Part shown: piece by piece, positions 9,631 to 22,589 of the stretch | Layout: the number at the start of each line of letters is the position of its first letter | Position numbering within the stretch: position 1 is the first letter of the stretch | NCBI GenBank assembly: GCA_963724495.1 | Contig: CAVRUZ010000002.1 | Location: 463,425-527,424 of the forward strand | Direction: 5' to 3' | DNA: 64,000 nt | DNA from: an uncultured Actinomycetota bacterium | GTDB taxonomy: Bacteria; Actinomycetota; Actinomycetes; Propionibacteriales; DAIQRJ01 | Program-made: the position numbers and the translations under genes | Notes under the pieces: generated by a model | What the model was told of the DNA's origin: nothing | Databases searched by the model: none | Seen by the model: only the letters and a program-made list of their open reading frames with translations

Positions 9631-10471
9631 GATCATGACTCGGCAGGAGACGCCGCGGCCCGGCGGGTTCGTCGTCAAACTTCAGTGTCTCGGAGCCCTG
9701 GCATCTGCGGCGATCCGTGCCGAGTTCCAGTACCGAGCCAACGTCGTGAGTTCGGCGATCGGCGGCTTCATCTACCAGCTCACGGGTTTCGTGACGATCT
9801 GGATCATCGTGGCGAAGTTCTCGGAACTCGGCGGCTGGACACTGGCCGACATCACCTTCCTCTACGGGATGCGGCTCGCCTCGCACGGCGTGTTCTACGC
9901 GTGCTTCAGTCAGATGTTCGAGATCGACCGCGTGCTGGTGACGGGGGAGTACGACCGGTTCCTTCTCCGCCCGATGCCGACGTTGGCTCAGCTGTTCACG
10001 CGCAAGCTCCGGATCAACTGCCTGGGCGACCTGGCCGGCGGGGCGCTACTGCTCGTCGTCGCGACGATGCACGTCGATGCCGCGTGGACGGCGGGGAAGG
10101 TCGTCTTTCTGGTATTGGCGGTTCTTGGCGGAGCCATGATCGAGGGAGCCGTGCAGATCATCCTGGGCTCCCTCAGCTTCCGCTTCCTCAACACGTTGGC
10201 GATTCGCATGACGGGCAACGAGATCTTCAACCTGTACGGCAACTACCCGACCAAGATCTTTCCCACGCTGGTGGAGTATCTGCTGACGTTCGCCCTGCCG
10301 GTCGCGTTCGTCGCCTACCTCCCGGCCTCCGCGATCCTGGACCGGACGGACGACCTGATCGTCGCGCCGTGGATCGCCTGGGGAGCCCCGGCGCTCGGTG
10401 TCGTGCTGTTCGCGCTGGCCGTTTACGTCTGGCGCTGGCAGGGGCGCAACTATCAGAGCTCGGGTACGTGA
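9623..10471 (+). CDS. ABC-2 family transporter permease (second subunit)
   Basis: 282 aa, multi-pass hydrophobic. GTG 9623 overlaps the upstream stop. ATG 9635 is an alternative start. Confidence 0.75.
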   Translation: MAEIMTRQETPRPGGFVVKLQCLGALASAAIRAEFQYRANVVSSAIGGFIYQLTGFVTIWIIVAKFSELGGWTLADITFLYGMRLASHGVFYACFSQMFEIDRVLVTGEYDRFLLRPMPTLAQLFTRKLRINCLGDLAGGALLLVVATMHVDAAWTAGKVVFLVLAVLGGAMIEGAVQIILGSLSFRFLNTLAIRMTGNEIFNLYGNYPTKIFPTLVEYLLTFALPVAFVAYLPASAILDRTDDLIVAPWIAWGAPALGVVLFALAVYVWRWQGRNYQSSGT

Positions 10472-10505
10472 GCCCGCGGCCCGCACACCCGGCCCAGACG
10501 ACGAT

Positions 10506-10533
10506 GGGGCGCTCCGCAACAGCGGAACGCCCC
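10506..10533. terminator. hairpin between convergent genes (putative bidirectional terminator)
   Basis: GGGGCGCTCCGC-AACA-GCGGAACGCCCC, a 12-bp stem with one mismatch. It lies between stops at 10471 (+) and 10550 (-). Confidence 0.5.
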
Positions 10534-10549
10534 ACGGTCGATTGCCGGG

Positions 10550-11548
10550 TCACATGTCGGAGAGCGTCACCGTGCGCTTCTCGTCCACTGACTGGTAGGC
10601 ACCCAGAATCACCTTGAGGACGTTGATTCCCTCGACGTGGTTGTGGATGGGTCGCTCGCCCGTGGTCAGCCTGCGGGCGAAGTCCGCGACCTCGGCCGGG
10701 ATCGTGCTGACGCTGTCGAACTCCTCGTGCACCGGGTCCTCGCCGCGCTTGGCGATCGACAGCGTGGTGCCGTCGCTCCACAGCGCGCCTTCGGAGCCGA
10801 CGACCGAGAAGCGCTCGGTGCAGCCGGCGGCCTGGTAGGCCCACGACGTCACGATGTGCCCGACCTTCCCGTCGGCGAACCGCACGAGCACCTGGGCGGA
10901 GTCCTCGCCGTCCATGAACTCCAGACGGTGCTTCGACAACATCGCCGTGACCTCGGTGGGAACCTCGCCGGCCAGGTACAGCATCAGATACGTCGGGTGG
11001 TAGCCCGTGTCGATCAGCTCACCGCCGCCGATCTTCGACTTGTCGGCACGCCAGCCCATGTTCGCGGGGTCGAAGTTGTTGTAGAAGCTGTCGGTGGTGC
11101 GGATCTCGTACACGTCACCGATGGCACCGGAGGTGAGGAGCTCCTTCGCCTTCGCCACTGCGGGGAAGTAGAGCTGGTTGTGCGCGCACATCAGCGTGAC
11201 GCCGTTGCTCTCGACCGCCGCGGCGATCTCGTCGCCCTGGCTCACGGAGAGGCACAGGGGCTTCTCGCAGATGATGTGCTTGCCTGCCTTGGCGGCAGCG
11301 AGGATCGCCGGTGCGTGCAGGTGGTGCGGCAGGCAGATGTCGACAGCGTCGACGTTGTCGTCGGTGACGAGATCGTTGAAGTCCGCGTAGATCTTCACGT
11401 CGCCACCAGCCTGCTCGGCCCGGCGCTTGGCGTTCTCCTCCGACACGTCGGCGACAGCCGTGATGACGGCGTCAGGGGAGGCGTTGTAGCCGTCTACGTG
11501 AGGCCTGGCGATGCCGCCGGCCCCGATGAGTCCGATTCGAATGGTCAT
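10550..11548 (-). CDS. Gfo/Idh/MocA family oxidoreductase
   Basis: N-terminal IGLIGAGGIARPH Rossmann motif and a conserved EKPL motif (ICEKPLC). AAGGAG RBS upstream. Confidence 0.85.
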   Translation of the reverse strand: MTIRIGLIGAGGIARPHVDGYNASPDAVITAVADVSEENAKRRAEQAGGDVKIYADFNDLVTDDNVDAVDICLPHHLHAPAILAAAKAGKHIICEKPLCLSVSQGDEIAAAVESNGVTLMCAHNQLYFPAVAKAKELLTSGAIGDVYEIRTTDSFYNNFDPANMGWRADKSKIGGGELIDTGYHPTYLMLYLAGEVPTEVTAMLSKHRLEFMDGEDSAQVLVRFADGKVGHIVTSWAYQAAGCTERFSVVGSEGALWSDGTTLSIAKRGEDPVHEEFDSVSTIPAEVADFARRLTTGERPIHNHVEGINVLKVILGAYQSVDEKRTVTLSDM

Positions 11549-11598
11549 GCGAGTGAGATTCTCCTTGTGTTCTTAGGCATTGACGAGTTTGAAGCCTG

Positions 11599-12588
11599 TC
11601 AGGCGGGCAGATCGGCGACCGAGACCGCCTGACCGGACGCAGCGGACCGGTTGGACGCGTCCATGAGCTTGGTGAGGCTGAGTCCGTGCGCGACGTTCTC
11701 CTCGGTCTTGCTACCGCCCTCGACCGCCTTGACCCACTGGTCGAAGGCCATCGGCAACCGGTCGCCGATGGGGATCTCCACGAACCCGTCGTCGCCAGCC
11801 GCGCGGACCAGGAGCTTCGCCTCCGGCGTGCCGAAGAACAGCGAGCCCTCGGTGCCGTGGATCTCGATCTCGAACGGGTTCATCTTGTTCACGAACCCGG
11901 CCTCGGCGACACCGATGGCGCCGTTGGGGTAGCTCAGCACCGCGACCGCGGAGTCCTCGACCTCACGTCCGCTGACGTAGCCGTACGTGGCCGACACCGT
12001 GTCGGGAAGGCCGCCGAGGAACTTCGCCGTGAGGTACATCGGGTGGCAGCCGAGGTCGATGAGCGCGCCACCGAGGGTCTGCTCCTTGTTGTAGAAGTGC
12101 TCCGGCAGCCAGTTGGCGAGGGCGCCGCCGTGGGACAGGCGGACGCGCACGAGCGTGAGCTGGCCGAGACGTCCGGACGCGATGACCTCGTCGATGGTCT
12201 GCGTGTAGGGGTCGTAGAGCCGGGGGAGCGACAGGGTCAGGACCACGCCCGCCTCGTCGACCGCCGCGAGGATCTCGTTGGCCTCGGCGAGCGTCGGTGC
12301 CAGCACCTTCTCGGTGAAGATGTGCTTGCCGGCCTTCGCCGCCTTGACCAGCACGTCGCGGTGCAGGTTGGTGGGGGTGTCGCAGATGACGGCGTCGACG
12401 TCGTCCCGCGCCAGCAACGTGTCGAGGTCGGAAACGAACTCCACACCGATCTCGGCGGCCTTGGCCTTGCCCCGATCAGGTTCCTCGTCCCAGACCGCCA
12501 CCAGTTCGGTGCCGGGATTGTTGGTGGCCTGGCGAAGGTAGTCGCCGGCGTGGACGTGCCAGAAGCTGAGCATGGCAACGCGAATCAT
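11599..12588 (-). CDS. Gfo/Idh/MocA family oxidoreductase
   Basis: Product starts MIRVAMLSFWHVHAGDY at ATG 12588 and contains a FTEKVLA motif. The track ORF start at 12786 is rejected as an extension. Confidence 0.8.
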   Translation of the reverse strand: MIRVAMLSFWHVHAGDYLRQATNNPGTELVAVWDEEPDRGKAKAAEIGVEFVSDLDTLLARDDVDAVICDTPTNLHRDVLVKAAKAGKHIFTEKVLAPTLAEANEILAAVDEAGVVLTLSLPRLYDPYTQTIDEVIASGRLGQLTLVRVRLSHGGALANWLPEHFYNKEQTLGGALIDLGCHPMYLTAKFLGGLPDTVSATYGYVSGREVEDSAVAVLSYPNGAIGVAEAGFVNKMNPFEIEIHGTEGSLFFGTPEAKLLVRAAGDDGFVEIPIGDRLPMAFDQWVKAVEGGSKTEENVAHGLSLTKLMDASNRSAASGQAVSVADLPA

Positions 12589-12776
12589 GTGGCTTCGAAT
12601 CTCCCAAAGGGGTGAGTGACGTGATGGGCCCGACTGGGCCACCTGCCAGCCTAGGCGGCGCTCCACCGGGCGCCGACTCCAGTGCCGGGAGCAGACGGCC
12701 CTGGCCGCAATCGGCCGCACGCTCCGAGGCGACACTGAGTCGGCCTGGGTGGAACGCGGCGCCCGAACTCGAGCAT

Positions 12777-12838
12777 TAGTGGCCACCAGATCCGCGAAAG
12801 GTGCGTCGCCCGCCCGGATTCGGGCGACCAGTGGCCAC
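12777..12838. promoter_or_regulatory. nested inverted repeats upstream of uvrA (candidate operator or structured leader)
   Basis: TAGTGGCCAC at 12777-12786 and GTGGCCAC at 12831-12838 flank the hairpin GTCGCCCG-CCCGGATT-CGGGCGAC (12805-12828). The site is about 105 nt upstream of the uvrA ATG. Confidence 0.3.
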
Positions 12839-12942
12839 TTCTGCCCAGCCCGATGGCGGTGCTCCAGACCGCCCGGGATGGAAGCCGCAGCGGACTGTCG
12901 GTGGCGCTGCCTACGATGACAGTTGTGCCTGGACCTACCTCA

Positions 12943-16023
<3,081 letters not shown>

Positions 16024-16047
16024 GGCTCGGGCCGAGCCCGCGTCCGG

Positions 16048-16740
16048 TCAGTCGAGTTCGAACGTCCTGCCCTCCGTCGCCATCTCCCGCAGCTCCTCGA
16101 TCAGGTCGTCGCCCGCCGGCAGCAGGCTGGGGAGCAGGTCACGCTCCGTGGTGATCGCGCGGAAGGAGAGGCCGATGCTCACGTCGTGCGTTGGCCGGTG
16201 GACGACCGTGAGCGCATCACCCGAGGCGATCTCGCCGGGAGTGAGCACCTTCAGGTAGGCGCCCGGCTTGCCCGCCTGGGTGAAGGTCTTCAGCCAGCCC
16301 TTGATGCCCATCCGCCCGCGGAAGGTGACACACGGGATGCGCGGACTGGTGATCTGGAGGCGGCACCCGCGGCCGGGCTCGTCCGCCGGCCCGATCTGCC
16401 AGATCTCGCCGAGCCGCGCGTCCGTGACGTCGATGCCGAGCGTGGTGAGGTTCTCCCCGAACGACCCGCCAGGGAGCTGACGGTCGAGCTCACGCTCCCA
16501 GTCGTCGAGATCCTCACGCGCGTAGGCGTAGACGGCCTGCTCGTCGCCGCCGTGGTGCTCCCGGTCCATCACCGCGTCGCCCACCAGTCCACTGCCCAGG
16601 CCGCCGTGCTTGGCACCCGGCGCCCGCACCAGAACGAGCCCGGGAGCAGGCCGCTTGCCGATGCCGGTGCTGCCCGCACTCTTGAACGGATTGGGCTCGG
16701 GGGAACCGACGTTGACGGTCAGCACAGCTGGGTTCGGCAC
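16048..16740 (-). CDS. MOSC domain-containing protein
   Basis: Contains HGGDEQAVYAY...FGENLT...ITSPRIPCVTF, typical of YiiM/MOSC proteins. The start is uncertain: GTG 16740 is preferred over the track start at 16770. Confidence 0.75.
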   Translation of the reverse strand: MPNPAVLTVNVGSPEPNPFKSAGSTGIGKRPAPGLVLVRAPGAKHGGLGSGLVGDAVMDREHHGGDEQAVYAYAREDLDDWERELDRQLPGGSFGENLTTLGIDVTDARLGEIWQIGPADEPGRGCRLQITSPRIPCVTFRGRMGIKGWLKTFTQAGKPGAYLKVLTPGEIASGDALTVVHRPTHDVSIGLSFRAITTERDLLPSLLPAGDDLIEELREMATEGRTFELD

Positions 16741-16832
16741 GGCGCAACGATAGTGCCCGAAATGGGACACCGATCGCGTTCGGGTCCGGCGGCAAAGGGG
16801 TAGGGAGGCGCCGGGAGACCTACCCTGTTTCG

Positions 16833-18401
16833 GTGACCCAGGCTCAGCAGACCACCGCCCCGTCCCCGCCCGCGCTGGAAGCGACGTCCATCCGGCTGCG
16901 CGGCGACGACAACGTCGTGCTCGTCACCGAGGACCTCGAACCCGGGGACTACACCGAGGACGGACGCCCGATCCACGTCGACGTGGCGGTTCCACGCGGG
17001 CACAAGGTCGCCACTGCCGACATCGCCGAGGGCGAGCCGGTGCGTAAGTACGGCCAGGTCATCGGGTTCGCCGACCGGCTGATCGGCCGCGGCAATCACG
17101 TGCACACCCACAACGTCGCGTACCGGACCTTCGTCCGCGAGGCTGACTACGGCGCCGACGCGGTTCCGACCCAGTACGTCCCGGAGTCGGAGCGGGCGAC
17201 GTTCCAGGGGATCCGCCGACCCGACGGCAGCGCGGCCACCCGCAACTACCTCGGCATCCTCACCACCGTCAACTGCTCGGCCACTGCGGCCAAGCTGATC
17301 GCCGAGCGGATGCGCGGCATCATCGCGGAGAACTTCCCGACCGTCGACGGCATCGTCGCGCTGACGCACGGGACCGGCTGCGGCATGGCCGGCCCGGGCA
17401 GCGAAGGCTTCGAGATCCTTCGGCGGACGATGACGGGGTACGCAAGCCATCCCAACTTCGCCGGCTTCCTCGTTCTGGGGTTGGGCTGCGAGGTCAACGA
17501 GGTGCAGCGCCTCACCAGGTCGTGGGAGATCCCAGACCACAAGATGGTCCAGGCCATGACCATCCAGGAGCTCGGCGGAACCAGGCGGGCGGTCGAGGCC
17601 GGCACCGCAGCGCTGAAGGAGATGCTGCCCGAGGCGTCGAACGTGGAGCGGGAACCGATCTCGGCCAGCGAACTCGTGCTCGCCATGGAGTGCGGAGGCT
17701 CCGACGGCTACTCCGGCATCACGGCCAACCCGGCCCTCGGCGCCGCTGCCGACCTGCTCATCCGTCACGGCGGCACCGCCGCTTTCGGCGAGACACCCGA
17801 GATCTACGGCGCTGAGCACCTGTTGATGCGGCGGGCAGTGAGCGACGAGGTCGCGGACAAGCTCGCCCGGCGCATCGCCTGGTGGGAGGACTACACCGCC
17901 AAGAACAACGGCTCGATGGACAACAACCCCTCGCCGGGCAACAAGGCCGGTGGGCTCACGACGATCCTGGAGAAGTCGCTGGGTGCCGCCGCCAAGGGTG
18001 GGTCGACGAACCTGGTGGACGTCGTCGAGTACGCAGAGCCGTTGACGGCCAAGGGCCTGATCTTCATGGACACTCCCGGCTACGACCCGGTGAACGCGAC
18101 CGGACTGGTGGCGGGCGGCGCGCAGGTGCTGTGCTTCACCACCGGTCGCGGCTCCGCGTTCGGGTGTTCGCCCACGCCGAGCATCAAGCTCGCCACGAAC
18201 TCCGACGTGTACCGCCGGATGGACGAGGACATGGACATCAACTGCGGCGACATCGCCGACGGGGTGACCAGCGTGCCGGAGAAGGGTGCGGAGATCTTCG
18301 CCAGGATCCTGCAGGTCGCATCGGGGGAGAAGACGTTCTCCGAGGACCTCGGCTACGGCCAGGAGGAGTTCGTCCCCTGGCAGCTCGGCGCGACGATGTA
18401 G
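16833..18401 (+). CDS. UxaA family hydrolase (altronate/galactarate dehydratase-like)
   Basis: 522 aa. SAF-like N-domain (VPRGHKVATADIAEGEPVRKYGQVIG) followed by the NYLGILTTVNCSA...GCG dehydratase core. GTG start. Confidence 0.85.
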   Translation: MTQAQQTTAPSPPALEATSIRLRGDDNVVLVTEDLEPGDYTEDGRPIHVDVAVPRGHKVATADIAEGEPVRKYGQVIGFADRLIGRGNHVHTHNVAYRTFVREADYGADAVPTQYVPESERATFQGIRRPDGSAATRNYLGILTTVNCSATAAKLIAERMRGIIAENFPTVDGIVALTHGTGCGMAGPGSEGFEILRRTMTGYASHPNFAGFLVLGLGCEVNEVQRLTRSWEIPDHKMVQAMTIQELGGTRRAVEAGTAALKEMLPEASNVEREPISASELVLAMECGGSDGYSGITANPALGAAADLLIRHGGTAAFGETPEIYGAEHLLMRRAVSDEVADKLARRIAWWEDYTAKNNGSMDNNPSPGNKAGGLTTILEKSLGAAAKGGSTNLVDVVEYAEPLTAKGLIFMDTPGYDPVNATGLVAGGAQVLCFTTGRGSAFGCSPTPSIKLATNSDVYRRMDEDMDINCGDIADGVTSVPEKGAEIFARILQVASGEKTFSEDLGYGQEEFVPWQLGATM

Positions 18402-18462
18402 GCCAGCGGGGCGGGTCCCAGCCGCTACGGCTACTGCCCGCCCTGGCCGGCGCAATCGCGCC

Positions 18463-18537
18463 AAACATGCAAGCGCCACGCGTCCTGCGGGCAACAAAGC
18501 GGGACATGTCCGGACTCGTCCGGCTCGGCTGCATGCC
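18463..18537 (+). repeat. solo copy of the ~75-nt AACATGCA...TGCATG palindromic element
   Basis: AAACATGCAAGCGCC...GGGACATGTCCGGACTCG...GGCTGCATGCC. It starts 62 nt after the uxaA-like stop and lies upstream of the Rieske gene. Confidence 0.8.
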
Positions 18538-18761
18538 TCGTGGCCGAGGCACGGACCGATCTGCCCTGAACCGGCCCCACAGCAGATGCGGACGAACTGA
18601 TCGGCGCGTGAACCGTTCGCAGGTTGCGGTCGTCACGGATCATGACGGGGAGTGACCGCTTTCAGGAGGCAGCTCTCTAGGAGTCCATTCGTTCAGTCAC
18701 TGCGTGCCTGCGGTGAGTGCACTGTCGACGGCCAGGACCGACCCAGACGATCGGAGATCCC

Positions 18762-19316
18762 ATGACCGACCAGCGCGAGGCCACCGGCCCGCAACCCTCT
18801 GTGACACCCGCCGCGATCACATCCACCGGCATGACACCCGGCGGACTGACCCGGCGCGGCGCGATCGCCGGCCTGTGTGGCGTCTGTGTCGCCGCCGCGC
18901 TCGTGGCCTGCGACGACTCCGATGACAACGCCGGCACCCAGGTGACTCCGCCGGCCACGTCCACGCCGGATGCCCCATCGCCCACTCCGGACGAGACGCC
19001 GAGCGCCGAAGCCACCGAGGCCCCGAACCCGAAGCTGCTCGCGAAGCCGAGCGACATCCCCGTAGGCGGGGGCGTGGTCTTCGCCGCGAAGAACGTGGTC
19101 GTGACCCAGCCGGAGGAGGGCACGTTCAGAGGGTTCAGCGCGACCTGCACCCATCAGGGCGCCAAGCTCAACTCGGTCGCCGACGGCGCGATCCACTGCC
19201 CTCGGCACGGCTCGGCCTTCAGCATCAAGGACGGCTCGGTCGTGAACGGGCCGGCTGCGGCGCCCCTGCCCAAGCAGGAACTCGACGTGGCCCGCAACAC
19301 CATCTCCCTGCCCTAG
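18762..19316 (+). CDS. Rieske (2Fe-2S) protein, Tat-lipoprotein type
   Basis: Tat motif TRRGAIAG, lipobox LVAC, Rieske ligands CTHQG...CPRHGSAF. GGAGA RBS before ATG 18762. Confidence 0.85.
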   Translation: MTDQREATGPQPSVTPAAITSTGMTPGGLTRRGAIAGLCGVCVAAALVACDDSDDNAGTQVTPPATSTPDAPSPTPDETPSAEATEAPNPKLLAKPSDIPVGGGVVFAAKNVVVTQPEEGTFRGFSATCTHQGAKLNSVADGAIHCPRHGSAFSIKDGSVVNGPAAAPLPKQELDVARNTISLP

Positions 19317-19390
19317 CAGGCAAGCCCCGAGCCTCTGCCATGGCGCCGGCATGTCCGCGCGGTAGCGGAAGGTGTGCGAGGGCAACGGTC

Positions 19391-19430
19391 GCGCGCCCGC
19401 CCGGTTGCCGTCCCAACCGGGCGGGCGCGC
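19391..19430 (+). terminator. perfect 17-bp stem hairpin downstream of the Rieske gene
   Basis: GCGCGCCCGCCCGGTTG-CCGTCC-CAACCGGGCGGGCGCGC followed by TTCGTGG. It starts 75 nt after the stop at 19316. Confidence 0.55.
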
Positions 19431-19549
19431 TTCGTGGTCCTGAGCTTCGTGGGCTGAGTTCCGCCGTTGGGCATGGAGTTTCCGCCGCGGGCACCGCGAG
19501 CCGTCGTGGCTCGTCGAGCGGTGTCCTGGGCCGGTCGTAGGGTGCACAG

Positions 19550-21550
19550 GTGGCCGATCCGTCCAGCTACCGCCCCGCGCCGGGCTCGATTCCCGTCGAC
19601 CCGGGCGTCTACCGGTTCATCGACGCAGATGGCCGAGTCCTCTATGTGGGCAAGGCGAAGTCGCTGCGGTCCCGGCTGAACTCCTACTTCGCCGACCTGA
19701 CCCTGCTCGCTCCCCGGACGCAGGCCATGGTCACCACGGCCGCCAGAGTCGTGTGGACCACGGTGTCCACCGAGGTCGAGGCGTTGCTCCTGGAGTACTC
19801 CTGGATCAAGCAGTACGACCCCCGGTTCAACGTCAAGTACCGCGACGACAAGTCCTACCCATGGCTCGCCGTCACCCTGAACGAGGAGTACCCGCGGCTG
19901 CAGGTGATGCGCGGCGACAAGAAGCGGGGCGTGCGCTACTTCGGGCCCTATACCCACGCCTGGGCGATCCGCGAAACCCTCGACCAGTTGCTCCGCGTGT
20001 TTCCGGCCCGCACCTGCTCGAAGGGCGTCTTCAACCGGTCCCGCCAGATCGGCCGCCCGTGCCTGCTCGGCTACATCGACAAGTGTTCCGCGCCCTGTGT
20101 CGAGCGCGTTTCGGCCGAGGAGCACCGCCAGATCGTCCTGGACTTCTGCGACTTCATGGGCGGCAACACCGGCCGCTTCGTCAAGCGGCTCGAGCGACGG
20201 ATGAACGACGCGGCGACCGAACTGGACTTCGAGGTCGCTGCCCGGCTGCGCGACGACCTCGCGGCGATGCACAAGGCGCTCGAGCGCACCGCCGTCGTTC
20301 TCCCCGACGGCACCGACACCGACGTCGTCGGGATCGCCGAGGACGAGCTGGAGCTGGCCGTCCAGGTGTTCCACGTGCGCGGCGGGAGGATCCGCGGACA
20401 GCGCGGCTGGGTCGCCGACAAGGTCGACGATGCCAGCCGTGCCGATCACGTGCAGGCGCTGATCATGCAGCTGTATGCCGACGACGCCGACGCCGGTGAT
20501 GCGGCCGGTCTTCCGCGGGAGATCCTCGTGCCGGAACTGCCGACCGACGCCGACGTCCTGAGCACGTGGCTCTCGGAGCGTCGCGGCAGCCAGGTCGCCA
20601 TCCGGGTGCCGCAGCGTGGCGACAAGGCCGCGCTCTCCCGGACCGTGACCCAGAACGCCCAGCAGGGCTTGGTCCTGCACAAGACCAAGCGGGCCAGTGA
20701 CCTCAGCACCCGCAACCGGGCTCTGGAGCAGATCGCCGAGTCGCTCGAGCTGGACGAGGTGCCGCTGCGGATCGAGTGCTACGACGTGTCGAACCTGCAG
20801 GAGACCAACGTGGTCGCCTCGATGGTGGTCTTCGAGGACGGGCTGCCGCGCAAGTCCGACTACCGCAGGTTCTCCATCACCGGCGCCGACGGCAGCCACG
20901 ACACGGCAGCCCTGGCCGAGACCCTGCGCCGTCGGTTCCGGCGCTACCTGATGGAGCAACGGGAGTTGTCCGAACTCGCGTCGGGTGGCGGTGAACACGA
21001 CGAGGTGACCGGGCTGCCAACGGCGTTGATCGACCCGGAGTCGGGTCGGCGGCGCCGGTTCGCCTACGCGCCGGGTCTGGTGGTCGTCGACGGCGGACAG
21101 CCACAGGTGGCCGCCGCACGGGAGGCCCTCGATGAGCTCGGACTACAGCGGATTCCCGTGTGCGGGTTGGCGAAACGCCTCGAGGAGGTCTGGATCCCGG
21201 GGGAGGACGACCCGCTGATCCTGCCCCGCACCAGCGAGGGCCTCTACCTGCTCCAGCGCGTGCGCGACGAAGCTCACCGGTTCGCGATCACCTACCACCG
21301 CGCCAAGCGCAGTCGCTCGATGACCCTGTCGGTCCTCGACGAGGTGCCCGGGCTGGGCGACAGCCGCAAGCGTGCGCTGATCAAGGCGTTCGGCTCGCTG
21401 AAGAAGGTACGCACCGCGACAGCGACGCAGATCGCGGCGACGGTTCCCGGAATCGGTCCGGCAACGGCAGCCGCGGTCGTCTCGGCACTGGCCACGGAGG
21501 AACCGGCTCCGTCGGTGAACACGGCGACCGGCGAGATCCTGGACGACTAG
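19550..21550 (+). CDS. uvrC: excinuclease ABC subunit C
   Basis: GIY-YIG N-terminus [29 protein letters not shown]. 666 aa, with a helix-hairpin-helix-like C-terminus. GTG start. Confidence 0.95.
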   Translation: MADPSSYRPAPGSIPVDPGVYRFIDADGRVLYVGKAKSLRSRLNSYFADLTLLAPRTQAMVTTAARVVWTTVSTEVEALLLEYSWIKQYDPRFNVKYRDDKSYPWLAVTLNEEYPRLQVMRGDKKRGVRYFGPYTHAWAIRETLDQLLRVFPARTCSKGVFNRSRQIGRPCLLGYIDKCSAPCVERVSAEEHRQIVLDFCDFMGGNTGRFVKRLERRMNDAATELDFEVAARLRDDLAAMHKALERTAVVLPDGTDTDVVGIAEDELELAVQVFHVRGGRIRGQRGWVADKVDDASRADHVQALIMQLYADDADAGDAAGLPREILVPELPTDADVLSTWLSERRGSQVAIRVPQRGDKAALSRTVTQNAQQGLVLHKTKRASDLSTRNRALEQIAESLELDEVPLRIECYDVSNLQETNVVASMVVFEDGLPRKSDYRRFSITGADGSHDTAALAETLRRRFRRYLMEQRELSELASGGGEHDEVTGLPTALIDPESGRRRRFAYAPGLVVVDGGQPQVAAAREALDELGLQRIPVCGLAKRLEEVWIPGEDDPLILPRTSEGLYLLQRVRDEAHRFAITYHRAKRSRSMTLSVLDEVPGLGDSRKRALIKAFGSLKKVRTATATQIAATVPGIGPATAAAVVSALATEEPAPSVNTATGEILDD

Positions 21551-21685
21551 AACGTCGACGCGATTGCGACGTTGTCCGGGCCTCTGCCGGGCGTGGGAGA
21601 CTGGCGTGGTCTCGGCTACCCGCTGGACGCCGAGTGTCCTCGGCTGTTGTTCTGAGCCGAGCCGCTGCCACGGGAGGGACCGGAC

Positions 21686-22589
21686 ATGACCGAGTCCGAC
21701 GCGCTCGTGATCACCGACTCCGCGCCTCCACCTCCCGCGGTGCTCGTCGTGACGGGGATGTCCGGAGCCGGGCGCAGCACCACCGCGCACGTGCTGGAGG
21801 ACCTCGGCTTCTTCGTCGTCGACAACCTTCCGCCCAAGCTGCTGTGGTCGGCTCTCGCGGCGATCCAGTCCGACCCCGCCGGGGCGCACAAGGTGGCGGT
21901 GGTCGTCGACGTCCGCACCGGCTCCTTCTTCGCCGACCTGGTCGGATCCCTCGACGAGTTGCGAGAGCAGGGCATCTCCCCGACGATCCTGTTCCTCGAG
22001 GCCGACGACAACGTGCTGGTCCGCAGGTTCGAGAGCGTGCGCCGGCCTCATCCACTCCAGGGTGACGGACGGGTCGTGGACGGCATCCGGGCCGAGCGCG
22101 CGCAGGTCGCCGACCTCCGCGGCTCGGCGGACCTCGTGATCGACACGAGCATGCTGAACGTGCACGACCTGTCCCGGAAGCTGGTAGCGGCCTTCGGCGA
22201 CGACGAGACGAGGGCACTGCGGACGACGGTGCTTGTCGTTCGGCTTCAAGTACGGGATCCCGGTGGATGCGGACCTCGTCTTCGACGCGCGCTTCCTGCC
22301 GAACCCGTTCTGGGTGCCGGAGCTCCGGCCGCACACCGGCCTCGAGACCGACGTCAGCGACTACGTCCTCAGCCAAGCCGCAGCAGGTCCGTTCTTCGAC
22401 GCGATCGAATCTCTGATCAAAGTCGTGTCGCCGGGATATCTCAACGAGGGAAAGCGATTCGCCACCATCGCGATCGGCTGCACCGGTGGCAAGCACAGGT
22501 CGGTCGCGATCGCCGAGGAACTCGCTCGTCGGCTGCGCACGCAAGGCGTGCAGTCTCTGGTCATGCACCGCGACCTAGGGCACGAATGA
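21686..22589 (+). pseudogene. rapZ: RNase adapter / nucleotide-binding protein RapZ, interrupted by a +1 insertion
   Basis: The N-half carries the P-loop GMSGAGRST and reads to ...ALRTTV in frame A. The C-half [32 protein letters not shown]...CTGGKHRSV is in ORF 22233..22589. Observed GTGCTTGTCGTTC versus expected GTGCTGTCGTTC. The span is 904 nt = 3n+1. Confidence 0.85.

Noticed and set aside
12589-12942. LexA SOS box or RecA-NDp/PafBC promoter upstream of uvrA
   Set aside because: There is no TCGAAC-N4-GTTCGA-like site. The AGTGGC cores lack a correctly spaced TAnnnT -10 element. Only the palindromes themselves are reported.
19313-19380. Possible degenerate eighth copy of the palindromic element after the Rieske gene (TAGCAGGCAAGCC...GGCATGTCCGCGCGG)
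   Set aside because: It lacks both ACATGCAG and CTGCATG termini. The similarity is limited to two short patches, too weak to call by eye.
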